The position numbers and the translations under genes are program-made. The notes under the pieces were generated by a model that worked only from the letters and a program-made list of their open reading frames with translations, had not been told where the DNA came from and searched no databases. DNA of 64,000 nucleotides from Sulfurimonas sp. (lineage in GTDB: Bacteria > Campylobacterota > Campylobacteria > Campylobacterales > Sulfurimonadaceae). The first letter of the stretch is position 1. Every line of letters starts with the position of its first letter. This document shows positions 8,987-18,936 of this stretch, in pieces. Location of the stretch: positions 28,797 through 92,796 of the forward strand of contig NZ_JAQVKP010000009.1 in assembly GCF_028694605.1 (NCBI RefSeq). Direction: 5' to 3'.

Positions 8987-10918
8987 ATGCACAAAAAAAT
9001 AAACATTTCGCTTTTTTTAGCGACGCTTTTCACCACTCTAGTCGCTCAAGAGATTGAGCTAAAACCAATACTGATAACATCTACTGCCATAAAAACGGAT
9101 GAGCTAAAAAGCAGCGATGCCGTTGAGATTTACACTGCATCGGACATCCAAAGGGCAAAGGTTTCAAATCTCTATGAGTTTTTAAACCAACAGACTTCGC
9201 TCTTTGCTATGCCGTCTTTTGGCAACTCCTTTTCACAAAAGCTTGACATTCACGGCTATGGTATGGAAAACGGATACCAAAATATCGTTATAACGCTCAA
9301 TGGCAGAAAACTCAACAATATAGACATAGTTTCTCAACTCTTAGCATCGATACAGCCATCTTCCATCGAGAAAATAGAGATTATAAAATCCGGCGGAATA
9401 GTTCTTGGCGGGGATGGAGCAAATGCAGGTGTTATAAATATCACTACCAAATCAAATAACGATAAAGAGATGGCATTTTACGGCGGAACATACGGTATGA
9501 AAGGGGCAAATACTTTTATATCGCACACAACCGAGAAATTTGCGATAACGGCAAACGGGGAGCTTCAAGACAGCGACGGCGCAAGAACCATAGATGCGGA
9601 CGGCAACAAAGATGAGAACTCGCTTGCAACCGGCGGCTTGGAAGTTAAATATTTTGCAAGCCAAGAGCTTGAGCTAAAAGCGGGAGTTTTGAGTGCAAGA
9701 GCCGACATCACCTATGGCGGAGTCTTGACAAAGAGCGAGTATGAGCAAAATCCAAAACAGCAGGGCTCAGGCACTGCAAGCAGACAAAAGTATGACACGG
9801 ACGCATTTAATCTAGGGGTAAGATACTCTCTAAGCAGCTCCACTGAGCTAGTCGCCGACTACGCACAAGAGCTAAAAAAGTCAAATTTTGTGACATATGG
9901 CTCTGTTAGCGACTATATTTACAACTCGGCAAAAATAGCGCTTGAAGTAGCAAATGGCGGCTTTAGTCTAACTGCCGGCGCTGATTTGTTTGACGGTACG
10001 AGAGAGTCCTATCCGACAACTTGGTCTATAGAAAATAAAACCGATAAAGAAAATACCGCACTGTTTTTAATGACAGGTTATGTGAAGGGGAGCAACTCTT
10101 TTAAAGCAGGTGTACGAGGCGAGAGAGTTGGATATCGCTATAGTGATATTTTGCAGTCACTAAAGCAAGATAACTCACTCTTTGGTGCAGAGCTTGGGTA
10201 CAATAGGGTGCTAGATAAGAAAAACTCCCTTTTTGCAAACTATGCTCATGGCTACGAAGCGCCCGATATTGACCGCTTTTTCAACAAAGATTGGTTTGGA
10301 GTAGTTACATTTAACGGTTTTATAAACCCGACAAAAAGCGACACTCTAACGATTGGGTATAACAGGTTTGACAAAAACAACAAGCTAAAAATCTCACTCT
10401 TTTATGCCGACTTAAAAGATGAGATTTACTACTACAGCGTAAGTTCAAAAAACACGAACATTGATGATTCTCATAAATGGGGCATAGATGTTTATGATAA
10501 GTGGCTTATAACTCAAGATGTCAGTGCCGTTATAAACTACAACTTTGTAAAAGCAAAGATAGACAAAGAAGTAGAAAACGGTGAAGATTACAGTGGTAAT
10601 GACCTCCCTGGGGTATCAGAACACACTATAAAAGCCACGCTTAACTATATGCCGACTTCAAACATTACGCTTGGACTAACACAAACATATCGTTCTGAGG
10701 CGTATGCGTTTAATGATTTTGCAAACAACTTTTCGCAAAAACAAGAGGAGTTTATAAGCACTGACGTATCTGCAGCTTATAGTGTAGAGAAAATGGAGTT
10801 TTTTGCTAAAATAAACAATCTTTTCAACCGTAAAAATGCTCTTTGGATAGAAGATGATGCTATTTATCCTCTAAACTTTACAACAACCATTATGGCAGGA
10901 CTAAAGGCGAGATTTTAA
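8987..10918 (+). CDS. TonB-dependent outer-membrane receptor (BtuB-sized, substrate unknown)
   Basis: Signal peptide, plug-domain motifs ('IEIIKSGG', 'GVINITTK'), a long beta-barrel and a C-terminal '...GLKARF' aromatic terminus. Confidence 0.9.
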   Translation: MHKKINISLFLATLFTTLVAQEIELKPILITSTAIKTDELKSSDAVEIYTASDIQRAKVSNLYEFLNQQTSLFAMPSFGNSFSQKLDIHGYGMENGYQNIVITLNGRKLNNIDIVSQLLASIQPSSIEKIEIIKSGGIVLGGDGANAGVINITTKSNNDKEMAFYGGTYGMKGANTFISHTTEKFAITANGELQDSDGARTIDADGNKDENSLATGGLEVKYFASQELELKAGVLSARADITYGGVLTKSEYEQNPKQQGSGTASRQKYDTDAFNLGVRYSLSSSTELVADYAQELKKSNFVTYGSVSDYIYNSAKIALEVANGGFSLTAGADLFDGTRESYPTTWSIENKTDKENTALFLMTGYVKGSNSFKAGVRGERVGYRYSDILQSLKQDNSLFGAELGYNRVLDKKNSLFANYAHGYEAPDIDRFFNKDWFGVVTFNGFINPTKSDTLTIGYNRFDKNNKLKISLFYADLKDEIYYYSVSSKNTNIDDSHKWGIDVYDKWLITQDVSAVINYNFVKAKIDKEVENGEDYSGNDLPGVSEHTIKATLNYMPTSNITLGLTQTYRSEAYAFNDFANNFSQKQEEFISTDVSAAYSVEKMEFFAKINNLFNRKNALWIEDDAIYPLNFTTTIMAGLKARF

Positions 10919-10920
10919 AA

Positions 10921-11490
10921 ATGCTAAAAATAGATCTTCGCAGTTTTATATACTATAAACTGATAAACTCACTGCTGTTTGGGTTGTCGATGGGGGTTGT
11001 CTTTACCGTCTATACCCCCTTAGAGCCTTCAGTTTATAGTCTAGGCGGTATCGCACTGGCTCTTGGTACAATTTACCTAGCAAAGCTTTACGGCAAAATA
11101 ATGACCCTAGAGTGGTTTTACAAAATTTCACTCTTTGTGGAGCTTTTAGCACTTGGCATGATTTGCTATTTTTTGCTCTTTTCATACAGCTATACAACTG
11201 CGATAATTGTCTATTTTGGTTATCAGCTCGTCTTTACATTCGGAACATACCTTATCCGTGCGGAAACTATTTTTATATCTCGCAGAGCGCTCCTCTCGCT
11301 GCTGGATTTGGCAAAACAAAAGGGGTATCTTGTGGGTATGTTTATCTCCTATATTTTCTACAAGATTTTAGATGTCTATTTTGAGATACACACAAAAGAG
11401 GAGCAGGTTTATCTTATCTACTATCTCTTTTTTGTTCTTGAGGCACTTATTATTTTCTATCTTTTAAGAGCATTTAGGAGAAAAGTATGA
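10921..11490 (+). CDS. integral membrane protein, unknown function
   Basis: Five to six hydrophobic helices. Starts 3 nt after the receptor stop. No recognisable motif. Confidence 0.5.
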   Translation: MLKIDLRSFIYYKLINSLLFGLSMGVVFTVYTPLEPSVYSLGGIALALGTIYLAKLYGKIMTLEWFYKISLFVELLALGMICYFLLFSYSYTTAIIVYFGYQLVFTFGTYLIRAETIFISRRALLSLLDLAKQKGYLVGMFISYIFYKILDVYFEIHTKEEQVYLIYYLFFVLEALIIFYLLRAFRRKV

Positions 11491-11560
11491 AAGGGGTTTT
11501 GTTTATAGGCGGCGTATCTTTTAAAACAGATACGACAGCAATAAAACAGGATGTTTTTTT

Positions 11561-11569
11561 TGTTATAAT
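11561..11569 (+). promoter_or_regulatory. extended -10 promoter element TGTTATAAT, 6 nt upstream of the lapG ATG (leaderless geometry)
   Basis: TGnTATAAT at 11561-11569 preceded by a T-run. There is no Shine-Dalgarno sequence in the 6-nt spacer 'CACTCC' before ATG 11576. Confidence 0.5.
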
Positions 11570-11575
11570 CACTCC

Positions 11576-12199
11576 ATGGTTCCATTAAAAGTACTTATAT
11601 TCTCAGCACTGTTTTTTGCAAGCGCAACCTCATCGGATGAGCCTTATACCAATAGAGAGTTGCTTGATGCAATAGCCGAGAAACATAAGGTCTTTGCAAA
11701 AAAAAGGTTTTTTTTTCTCCAAGAGACACTCGATGGCGTCAAAGACAAAAGCGATTTAGAGAAGCTTGAGGCGGTCAACAACTTTTTCAATGAAGTACGC
11801 TACGGTTCAGATATGAAAGTATATGGACAAAAAGATTACTGGGCTACGCCGTGGGAATTTTTAGGCAACGATATGGGCGATTGTGAGGATTATGTCATCA
11901 GCAAATATTTTGCACTCAAGTACCTCAACGTTGACTATAAAAAACTCTTTTTTACTTATGTACGCTCTACCCAGTTTAAAGAACCGCACATGGTTCTAAC
12001 ATACTTTGAGACACCAAAGAGCGAACCGCTTATTTTAGATAACAATAACCGCAAAATATTTCCTGCCTCACAAAGAACAGACCTAACGCCGATTTACAAC
12101 TTCAACGGCGATATACTTGATGAAGTTGGAAAAAAGAATGAGAAATCACATAAAAAATGGGATGAGCTAAAGCTCAACATGCAAAGGAAAAAAATATGA
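11576..12199 (+). CDS. lapG: periplasmic transglutaminase-like cysteine protease (BTLCP, LapG family)
   Basis: Signal peptide plus a 'GDCEDYVISKYFALKYL' catalytic Cys motif, with later 'PHMVL' His and 'ILDNN' Asp. It is 4-bp coupled to a LapD-type gene. Confidence 0.85.
   Translation: MVPLKVLIFSALFFASATSSDEPYTNRELLDAIAEKHKVFAKKRFFFLQETLDGVKDKSDLEKLEAVNNFFNEVRYGSDMKVYGQKDYWATPWEFLGNDMGDCEDYVISKYFALKYLNVDYKKLFFTYVRSTQFKEPHMVLTYFETPKSEPLILDNNNRKIFPASQRTDLTPIYNFNGDILDEVGKKNEKSHKKWDELKLNMQRKKI
11698..11716 (+). repeat. A8-GG-T9 homopolymer pair inside the lapG coding sequence
   Basis: Direct count: A x8 at 11698-11705, GG, then T x9 at 11708-11716. Encodes ...AKKRFFF... Confidence 0.95.
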
Positions 12200-14118
12200 C
12201 ACTCTTTAAACAGATTGCTTTGATGCTATCACTCTTTTTACTTATTATATTAACAACCGTTCTTGTATTGAACTTCCAAAGCGCAAACAAAGGGGTGCAG
12301 GAGCGCCTCTACGATGATGCCAAAAACACGGCAACCTCGCTAAGTCTCTCGCTTGGAAGTGCTAATGGCGATATCTCTATGATGTCCACGATGATAAACG
12401 CAAATTTTGACAGCGGAAATTATCGCCATATTGCTCTTGTTGATATTGATGACAAAATCATTTACGATAGAAAAACGGAGAGTGATTTGAGTGGAGTTCC
12501 AAAGTGGTTTGTCTTTCTAACCAACCTGGAAGCTCCCGTTGCGCATGCAAATGTTTCGGCGGGATGGCGTCAAGTCGGCATCCTTAACGTTCAAAGCGAT
12601 GCGACTTATGCTTACAAGCAGCTTTACGCCATATTAATCGACTTGCTTGCCTCTTTTGCACTTATCGCTACCGCCGCTCTGGGTATTTTACATCTTTTGC
12701 TCCATGCCATCCTAAAACCGCTCAAAGAGGTACAAAAACAGGCGGCCGCTATTATAAGAAATGAGTTTATCATTCAAGACAATCTCCCTTATACGAAGGA
12801 GTTTAAAGATGTCGTTCTTGGTATGAACAACATGGTTTCTAAAGTAAAAGCGATGTTTGATAAAGGAAATGAAGAGTTAAAAGTACTCAAAGAGCTTGAG
12901 TACATCGACAAAGATACACAACTGAAAAACAGAAAATATCTCCTCGACAAACTCCCGTCTTACCTCAAAGTGGACTCCTCTTATGAGGGCGGTGTAAATA
13001 TGATTGTCGCACTCAGCGGTGTTGTGGAGGCAAACGAAAAAATCGGCAGACACAGAGTGAACAAACTTTTTAGTGCTATTGCAACCATTTTTACGGAGCA
13101 GGTAAAAGAGAGTAAAGATGCGATTGTTGCGAGGCTCAACGGAACAGAGTTCTCGCTCCTTCTGCCTGAGTGCTCCAGTGATAACGCCATAGAATTGGCA
13201 AATCACATACAGCAAGCCTGCAAAGTTGCCATCGAAGCTTCAGAACTCGACACGCAAGAGACTTTTACCTCTATAGGACTTTATGAATACAAATATACAA
13301 ACAGTATCCCAGAACTCTTTGCCCGCTCCGACAACGCTCTTGCGCAAGCGAAATTCAACCGCAAAAATATCCATATGGAAAAAGCAGACAGTGCGGTAGA
13401 AGTGATGGGCAAAGAGGCTTGGAAGCTAATTATCAACAATGCTTTAGAGAAAAACAGATTTCATTTTGTCTCATGGAGTGTTATAGATACAAAGATGAAA
13501 AAACTCTCCCATCGTGTACTAAGCATTCATCTTGATTTGGACAAAAACACCTCTTACAGCTATGCCCAGTTTATGGCTCCTGCGATTCAAGCGGGATTGA
13601 GTGTAAGTATCTACCAAAAAGTCATCTCCATGCTCTTTAAACGCTCAAACACAGTGCTTAGCGCTTCTACCTACGCCCTAAGGCTGCCGCATGAGTACCT
13701 TGAAGACCCAAAAACCTATGATGAGTTAAGTGAGCTTTTACGTGCCAATGTCTCAACGCTCCCGTTCAAAATTATCATTGAACTACCCGATAGATTGGTG
13801 CATCAAGACTCAAAACTCATACGAGACTACATCGCACTCTTTAGAAAATTTGGTATCGATATCGGCGTATTTGAGTTTATCGGAGAGAGTAGAGATTATC
13901 AATATCTGCAAGATTTGCGTCCTGCATACATCAAGGGCGAGAGCAGCTACTTCCTGACACAAAACACCCAATCACTCTCCGCATTGCGACTCATAACAGA
14001 CACGGTCGGTATTGCCGTTATAGCCGTAGGTGTTATGGAGATGGAAACATTGGAAGAGCTCAAAGCAAGGGATATTCACACGGTACAAGGCAAAGTAACG
14101 GAGACATTGGAGTTTTAG
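12196..14118 (+). CDS. lapD: LapD-type inner-membrane c-di-GMP receptor (LapD_MoxY_N periplasmic domain, HAMP, degenerate GGDEF, degenerate EAL)
   Basis: The N-terminal TM helix and the region from 'NKGVQERLYDDAKNTATSLSLSLG' through 'NFDSGNYRHIALVDIDDKIIYDRK' match the LapD/MoxY N-domain. A second TM helix and HAMP follow. GGDEF is replaced by 'NGTEF'. The C-terminal EAL-like fold lacks the catalytic EAL motif. Confidence 0.85.
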   Translation: MTLFKQIALMLSLFLLIILTTVLVLNFQSANKGVQERLYDDAKNTATSLSLSLGSANGDISMMSTMINANFDSGNYRHIALVDIDDKIIYDRKTESDLSGVPKWFVFLTNLEAPVAHANVSAGWRQVGILNVQSDATYAYKQLYAILIDLLASFALIATAALGILHLLLHAILKPLKEVQKQAAAIIRNEFIIQDNLPYTKEFKDVVLGMNNMVSKVKAMFDKGNEELKVLKELEYIDKDTQLKNRKYLLDKLPSYLKVDSSYEGGVNMIVALSGVVEANEKIGRHRVNKLFSAIATIFTEQVKESKDAIVARLNGTEFSLLLPECSSDNAIELANHIQQACKVAIEASELDTQETFTSIGLYEYKYTNSIPELFARSDNALAQAKFNRKNIHMEKADSAVEVMGKEAWKLIINNALEKNRFHFVSWSVIDTKMKKLSHRVLSIHLDLDKNTSYSYAQFMAPAIQAGLSVSIYQKVISMLFKRSNTVLSASTYALRLPHEYLEDPKTYDELSELLRANVSTLPFKIIIELPDRLVHQDSKLIRDYIALFRKFGIDIGVFEFIGESRDYQYLQDLRPAYIKGESSYFLTQNTQSLSALRLITDTVGIAVIAVGVMEMETLEELKARDIHTVQGKVTETLEF

Positions 14119-14570
14119 ATGCCTCTGGAGTTTAGCCCTTTTGTGATGGCGTCGTTAATCTCTTGTTTATAGTCTGGGTTTAGCTTTAAAAGTTCTCTGT
14201 CAAAATTGACAATCAAGTCTTTGTTTGTATGCGGATGTCTGCATAAAGTAAAAATAATATTTTCATAAATTGCAAACTCAGGATGCGCTCTTAAACCCAT
14301 CTTTTTATGCACTTTGCCGTGATGTTTTAAAATCATACCAAGCGCATACTCAAGCTTTTTTGCATCTGATTTTTTGTTTTTTATCATCGCTACAAGAACT
14401 TTAAAGCTGGTCTCTTCAACCTCTTTTGAGCTTTTTGTCTCTTCTGTGGGCTGCACAGGAGTAACAGCCTTTTTTTTGCTTTTATTTGGATTGTAAAAAA
14501 GAAGAAAGATTAAAAGCGCCAACAGCGCAATCAATCCCATAATAGATTTGACGATTAATTCAGGTTCCAT
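14115..14570 (-). CDS. membrane-anchored hypothetical protein
   Basis: Single N-terminal TM helix, a Lys/Glu-rich linker and a ~90-aa His-rich C-terminal domain. No recognised family. Confidence 0.45.
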   Translation of the reverse strand: MEPELIVKSIMGLIALLALLIFLLFYNPNKSKKKAVTPVQPTEETKSSKEVEETSFKVLVAMIKNKKSDAKKLEYALGMILKHHGKVHKKMGLRAHPEFAIYENIIFTLCRHPHTNKDLIVNFDRELLKLNPDYKQEINDAITKGLNSRGI

Positions 14571-14658
14571 AGAGTGCCGTTTTTGTTGTATTATATCTTA
14601 TAAAAATAGCATAGTGAGAAAGTTATACTATCTCTTACTTACATCGGAGAACTTTTTT

Positions 14659-17388
14659 ATGTTCATAAATAACCTAGCTTATGAAGCAAGTGCAGGAAGC
14701 GGGAAGACTTTTATGCTTGTCGTGCGTTATCTTAGTCTGCTTTTTAAAGGTGCGCAACCCTCGAAGATACTTGCTCTTACATTTACCAACAAAGCCGCAA
14801 ACGAGATGCAAGAGAGGATTGTCACTACTCTTGAGGAGCTGCAAGAGAGAGGAGAGTTGGATGAGATAGTTAAGGTTACCGAACTTTCCCGTGAATTTCT
14901 GCTTGCAAATCGTCAAAGAGTTTTAGGCGAGTTTTTAAATGCACATACAAAAATCATGACGATTGACAGTTTTTTTACGCAAATTTTACGCAAATTTTCG
15001 CTCTATGCCTCGTTGATGCCCGACTTCTCAACCTTTGCTTCTCAGCATGAACTCAAGCTTCTCTCTCGCTTTTTAAAAGAGGTGCGTGTTGCACAAAAGA
15101 AAGAGACACTCCTTAGCCTTTCGCTCTTCTCACAAAAGCGTATAACCGATATTTTTGAACTTTTAGATGAGCTTTATATCAAGTTTGCAGAGATTGGTGG
15201 GATTGAGTTTGCAAAGCAAAACAGCGAGCGCTATGAACAAGAGGCACTCTCTTTGACGGCGGAGCTGAAAAAGATAGTTTTGGCAAACAGCGCAGCATCT
15301 TCCACGGCTATCAGGTCAGTCGAGGCTGAGAGTTTTGAGGATATTGTAAGTAAAAAATGGCTTGAGAGGGAGAGTCTGAATTATACTACATTTGCAAAAT
15401 GCTATACTCCGGAGATGGACGTACTGCTACTAAAGATAAAAGATGCCATCAAAGCTCAAAACAGAGCCAAAGAGCAGAACTTTTTTTATGCTTTAAAAGA
15501 GCTTGTCACCATCTATATCAAGAGTAAAAAAGCACTCTACAAAGATGACAGCGAGCTTGGATTTAGTGATGTTACCTACCTTGTCTATGAGATTTTAAAC
15601 CGCATTAACGATAGTGATTTTCTCTATTTTAGACTTGATGCGCAGATAGAGCATATGTTGCTTGATGAATTTCAAGACACAAGCATATTGCAGTATGAGA
15701 TACTCAAACCGCTCATAAACGAGATAACCTCAGGCAAGGGGATTTTTGACAACGGCAGCTTCTTTTTTGTGGGGGATGTGAAGCAGTCTATATACAGATT
15801 TCGTGGCGGAGTGAGCGCACTTTTTGATGTGGTGAGAGAGGAAAACGGCACAGAGGTAAAGAAGCTTTTGACCAACTACCGTTCGCAAAAAGAGGTTGTT
15901 GCTTTTGTAAACAGTGTCTTTGAGCACAAGATAAAAAACTACACGCCGCAGCTTGTAAAAGAGGGCATGAACGGCGGATTTGTTGAAGTTGTGCAAAACG
16001 ATGAGGTGTTGCAGGAGGTTGTCTCTCAGGTGAAAAGGCTGCTCCAAAGCGGTGCAGATGTCAATGAAATAGCCGTCTTATGCGCTACAAACGGTGATGG
16101 GATAGCCGTGCAAGAGGCACTTCATGCGCAAAATATTGAAGTTGTTACGGAAACAACGACTAAGCTTATCAACCAAAAGGGCGTCAAAGCCGTTATAGAG
16201 TATCTTAAGTACCAATATTTTGGCGAGGAGATATACAAAGAGAACTTTTTTGCACTTATCTCACGGCAAAAACGCTCAATTAAAAGAGTAGATTTAAACA
16301 AAAATACACTCTTGGATATCATAAAAGAAGCTATAGATGAGTTCAAGCTTTTTGAGGGCAATTTTAATCTTATGAGATTTTTAAACGAGGCGGCGAGATA
16401 CGGCGACATAGAGGCACTTCTTTTTGAGTATGAACGTATGGACACAAGCGCGGCCGCATCGGAGTTGGAGGGCGTGCGTGTGCTTACTGTCCACAAATCC
16501 AAAGGGCTAGAGTATGAACATGTTATAGTCATGGACAGGCTTACAAAAGCTCCAAGTGTACGTGATGCAATCATCTATGAGTATGAGGGCATAACTCTCA
16601 AAAACATCTATCTTCGCATTAAAGGCAGAGATACGGTAGATGCACAGTACGCTGCCGCGCTGCAAAAAGAGAAAACTCTTGCGTACGAAGACAGCCTTAA
16701 TGCGCTTTATGTTGCATTTACAAGAGCAAAAGAAAATCTTATCATTGTTGCTAAAACAAAAGATTCGATGTTTGGCATACTTGAGCTTGAAGCACAAAAG
16801 CATGGCGTGCTTACATGCAAGACTCAAGCCCCAAAAACGCCGAAACTCTTCCGCCCTCTTGCATACAAAGAACTTTACTATGGGACACAAAGCGATATTT
16901 TGGCGATTGAGACGGCGCATGAAGAGGATTTTGAGTCCATCAACTTTGGCATAGCGATGCACTATATGCTTGAGATGCTCCCGACATTTGAGACAAAAAA
17001 TATTGACATTGCAAAAGATATGACAAACAACAAATACGGTGCTTTTTTACAGGAAGCGGAAATTGAAGAGATTCAAAAAAGAGTTGCGATGCTTCTTGAA
17101 AACAGCGTATTTCTTGAGCTGACTCAAGGCGAGTGCTACAGAGAAAAAGCCCTTCGCTACAAAAATACTCTTCGTTACATCGACCTTTTGGTCAAAAGTG
17201 AAAAGGGATATAGAGTTATCGACTATAAAAGTTCGCTCTCTTTTGCCGATGAACATCTACGGCAAGTAAGCTTTTATGTAAACGCTATAAGAGAGATAAC
17301 AAATGAAAATGCAGAGGGTTATATCGTCTATTTACTACAAAATTGTATAAAAATTGTCAAAGCAGAAGAAATTTCTAAGTTAAAATAA
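14659..17388 (+). CDS. addA: AddA/RecB-like UvrD-family helicase-nuclease
   Basis: Walker A 'EASAGSGKTFML', helicase motifs 'LLDEFQDTS' and 'VGDVKQSIYRFRGG', and the C-terminal RecB nuclease motif 'IDLLVKSEKGYRVIDYKSS'. I moved the start to ATG 14659 (GGAGA 8 nt upstream). The tracked N-terminal extension overlaps the divergent gene. Confidence 0.85.
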   Translation: MFINNLAYEASAGSGKTFMLVVRYLSLLFKGAQPSKILALTFTNKAANEMQERIVTTLEELQERGELDEIVKVTELSREFLLANRQRVLGEFLNAHTKIMTIDSFFTQILRKFSLYASLMPDFSTFASQHELKLLSRFLKEVRVAQKKETLLSLSLFSQKRITDIFELLDELYIKFAEIGGIEFAKQNSERYEQEALSLTAELKKIVLANSAASSTAIRSVEAESFEDIVSKKWLERESLNYTTFAKCYTPEMDVLLLKIKDAIKAQNRAKEQNFFYALKELVTIYIKSKKALYKDDSELGFSDVTYLVYEILNRINDSDFLYFRLDAQIEHMLLDEFQDTSILQYEILKPLINEITSGKGIFDNGSFFFVGDVKQSIYRFRGGVSALFDVVREENGTEVKKLLTNYRSQKEVVAFVNSVFEHKIKNYTPQLVKEGMNGGFVEVVQNDEVLQEVVSQVKRLLQSGADVNEIAVLCATNGDGIAVQEALHAQNIEVVTETTTKLINQKGVKAVIEYLKYQYFGEEIYKENFFALISRQKRSIKRVDLNKNTLLDIIKEAIDEFKLFEGNFNLMRFLNEAARYGDIEALLFEYERMDTSAAASELEGVRVLTVHKSKGLEYEHVIVMDRLTKAPSVRDAIIYEYEGITLKNIYLRIKGRDTVDAQYAAALQKEKTLAYEDSLNALYVAFTRAKENLIIVAKTKDSMFGILELEAQKHGVLTCKTQAPKTPKLFRPLAYKELYYGTQSDILAIETAHEEDFESINFGIAMHYMLEMLPTFETKNIDIAKDMTNNKYGAFLQEAEIEEIQKRVAMLLENSVFLELTQGECYREKALRYKNTLRYIDLLVKSEKGYRVIDYKSSLSFADEHLRQVSFYVNAIREITNENAEGYIVYLLQNCIKIVKAEEISKLK

Positions 17389-17445
17389 AGTTTTTGAACT
17401 CTATAATAAGCTTATACAAAAATAAATTTATAAAGGGGGTGGGGC

Positions 17446-17961
17446 GTGAAGGGTTTATTTATAGTTTTTTTCCTTCTGCTTACATCTCATCTTGCTGCAT
17501 CTGTGAGTACTTCACAGAAAATCGAAGTTCCTTATGTTATCGGTGAAAAAGCGTATTCCCCGTCTGTTTATGAGCTACTTGCAAAAGCAGAGGAGTATTT
17601 GGGAACTTCTTATAGAATTGGCAGCGCTAGCGATGCCCGCACGGATTGTTCAGGGTTTACGCAGCAGGTTTTTGGAGAGTTTGGCATAGTTCTTCCCCAC
17701 TCTGCAAAAGAACAGGCTCGTTACGGAGAAAAGATAGATGTTAAAGACTTGCAGGCGGGGGATTTGCTTTTCTATCGCACCTATAAAAAAGGACCTTCGC
17801 ATGTGGCTATCTATGCCGGAAACGGACAGATAATCCACGCATCATACAGAGCAAAACGTGTCCAGTATGATGCTTTTGACAAAAAATATTATAAGCAGCG
17901 CTTTTTGTATGCTAAACGCATTGTTTTTAATGATATCCCATCCGACACAAGACAGAACTAA
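17446..17961 (+). CDS. NlpC/P60 (C40) peptidoglycan endopeptidase
   Basis: Signal peptide, catalytic 'DCSGFTQQVF' and 'SHVAIYAGNGQIIHA'. GTG start preceded by AGGGGG. Confidence 0.85.
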   Translation: MKGLFIVFFLLLTSHLAASVSTSQKIEVPYVIGEKAYSPSVYELLAKAEEYLGTSYRIGSASDARTDCSGFTQQVFGEFGIVLPHSAKEQARYGEKIDVKDLQAGDLLFYRTYKKGPSHVAIYAGNGQIIHASYRAKRVQYDAFDKKYYKQRFLYAKRIVFNDIPSDTRQN

Positions 17962-18093
17962 ATCCCGCTCCAAACCTTAAAAAAACCATAAATTAAGTTT
18001 TTTATAAGCATAAAAAGATATACTTCCAACAATTAAACAAACATTCCCTTGCTCGGGATGTAATGTTAAGAAAATTACTTGAAAGGTTCAAGA

Positions 18094-18516
18094 ATGAAAT
18101 TTACGAAAATTGCTACTCCTGAACAAATCAATCAAAAATGGGTTTTGATTGATGCTGAAGGTAAAACTTTCGGTCGTATTATCACTGAAGTGGCAACAAT
18201 ACTTCGCGGTAAAAACAAACCATGTTTTACTCCAAATATCGACTGTGGTGACTATGTAGTAGTTGTTAACGCTTCTAAAGCAAAGTTCAACGGTCTTGGC
18301 AAAATAGCAAACAAAGAGTATTTCTCTTATTCCGGTTATTTTGGTAGTACAAAAAGCACTAAGATGACTGAGCTTTTAGAAAAAAATCCTGAGAAGCTTT
18401 ACAAACTAGCTACTCGCGGTATGCTTCCTAAAACAAAGCTTGGCGCTAAAATGATTAAAAAATTAAAAATTTATGCAGGTGCTGAGCATCCTCACACTGC
18501 ACAATTAGCTAAGTAA
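18094..18516 (+). CDS. rplM: 50S ribosomal protein L13
   Basis: '[46 protein letters not shown]' is the canonical L13 sequence. I moved the start to ATG 18094. Confidence 0.97.
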   Translation: MKFTKIATPEQINQKWVLIDAEGKTFGRIITEVATILRGKNKPCFTPNIDCGDYVVVVNASKAKFNGLGKIANKEYFSYSGYFGSTKSTKMTELLEKNPEKLYKLATRGMLPKTKLGAKMIKKLKIYAGAEHPHTAQLAK

Positions 18517-18527
18517 GGACGAACTAT

Positions 18528-18917
18528 ATGAAAAAAGTATATGCAACTGGACGCCGTAAGTCGTCAATAGCAAAAGTATGGTTAACTCCAGGCAATGGCA
18601 GCATGAGTATCAACGGTCTTTCGTTAGATGCATGGCTCGGCGGACTTGAAGCAAAAAAACTTCGTGTAAAACAGCCTCTTGCTCTAACTAAACAAGATAC
18701 TTCCGTAAATATCGTAGCTACTGTACTAGGCGGTGGTTTTGGCGGTCAAGCTGACGCTCTTCGCCACGGTATTTCTCGTGCATTAGTTAGATTTAACCCG
18801 GAGTTAAAAGCTATACTAAAACCTGAAGGTATGATGACTCGTGATTCACGTGTTGTTGAGCGTAAGAAGCCAGGTAAGCGTAAAGCTCGTCGTTCTCGCC
18901 AGTTCTCTAAGCGTTAA
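18528..18917 (+). CDS. rpsI: 30S ribosomal protein S9
   Basis: '[15 protein letters not shown]...[19 protein letters not shown]...[16 protein letters not shown]' is the canonical S9 sequence. Confidence 0.97.
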   Translation: MKKVYATGRRKSSIAKVWLTPGNGSMSINGLSLDAWLGGLEAKKLRVKQPLALTKQDTSVNIVATVLGGGFGGQADALRHGISRALVRFNPELKAILKPEGMMTRDSRVVERKKPGKRKARRSRQFSKR

Positions 18918-18936
18918 TCGTTTCAAGAACTTCTTT

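Noticed and set aside
16122-16962. Two ~150-aa minus-strand ORFs and a 104-aa plus-strand ORF inside addA
   Set aside because: - They are antisense or out-of-frame shadows of a 909-aa helicase-nuclease with intact motifs along its length.
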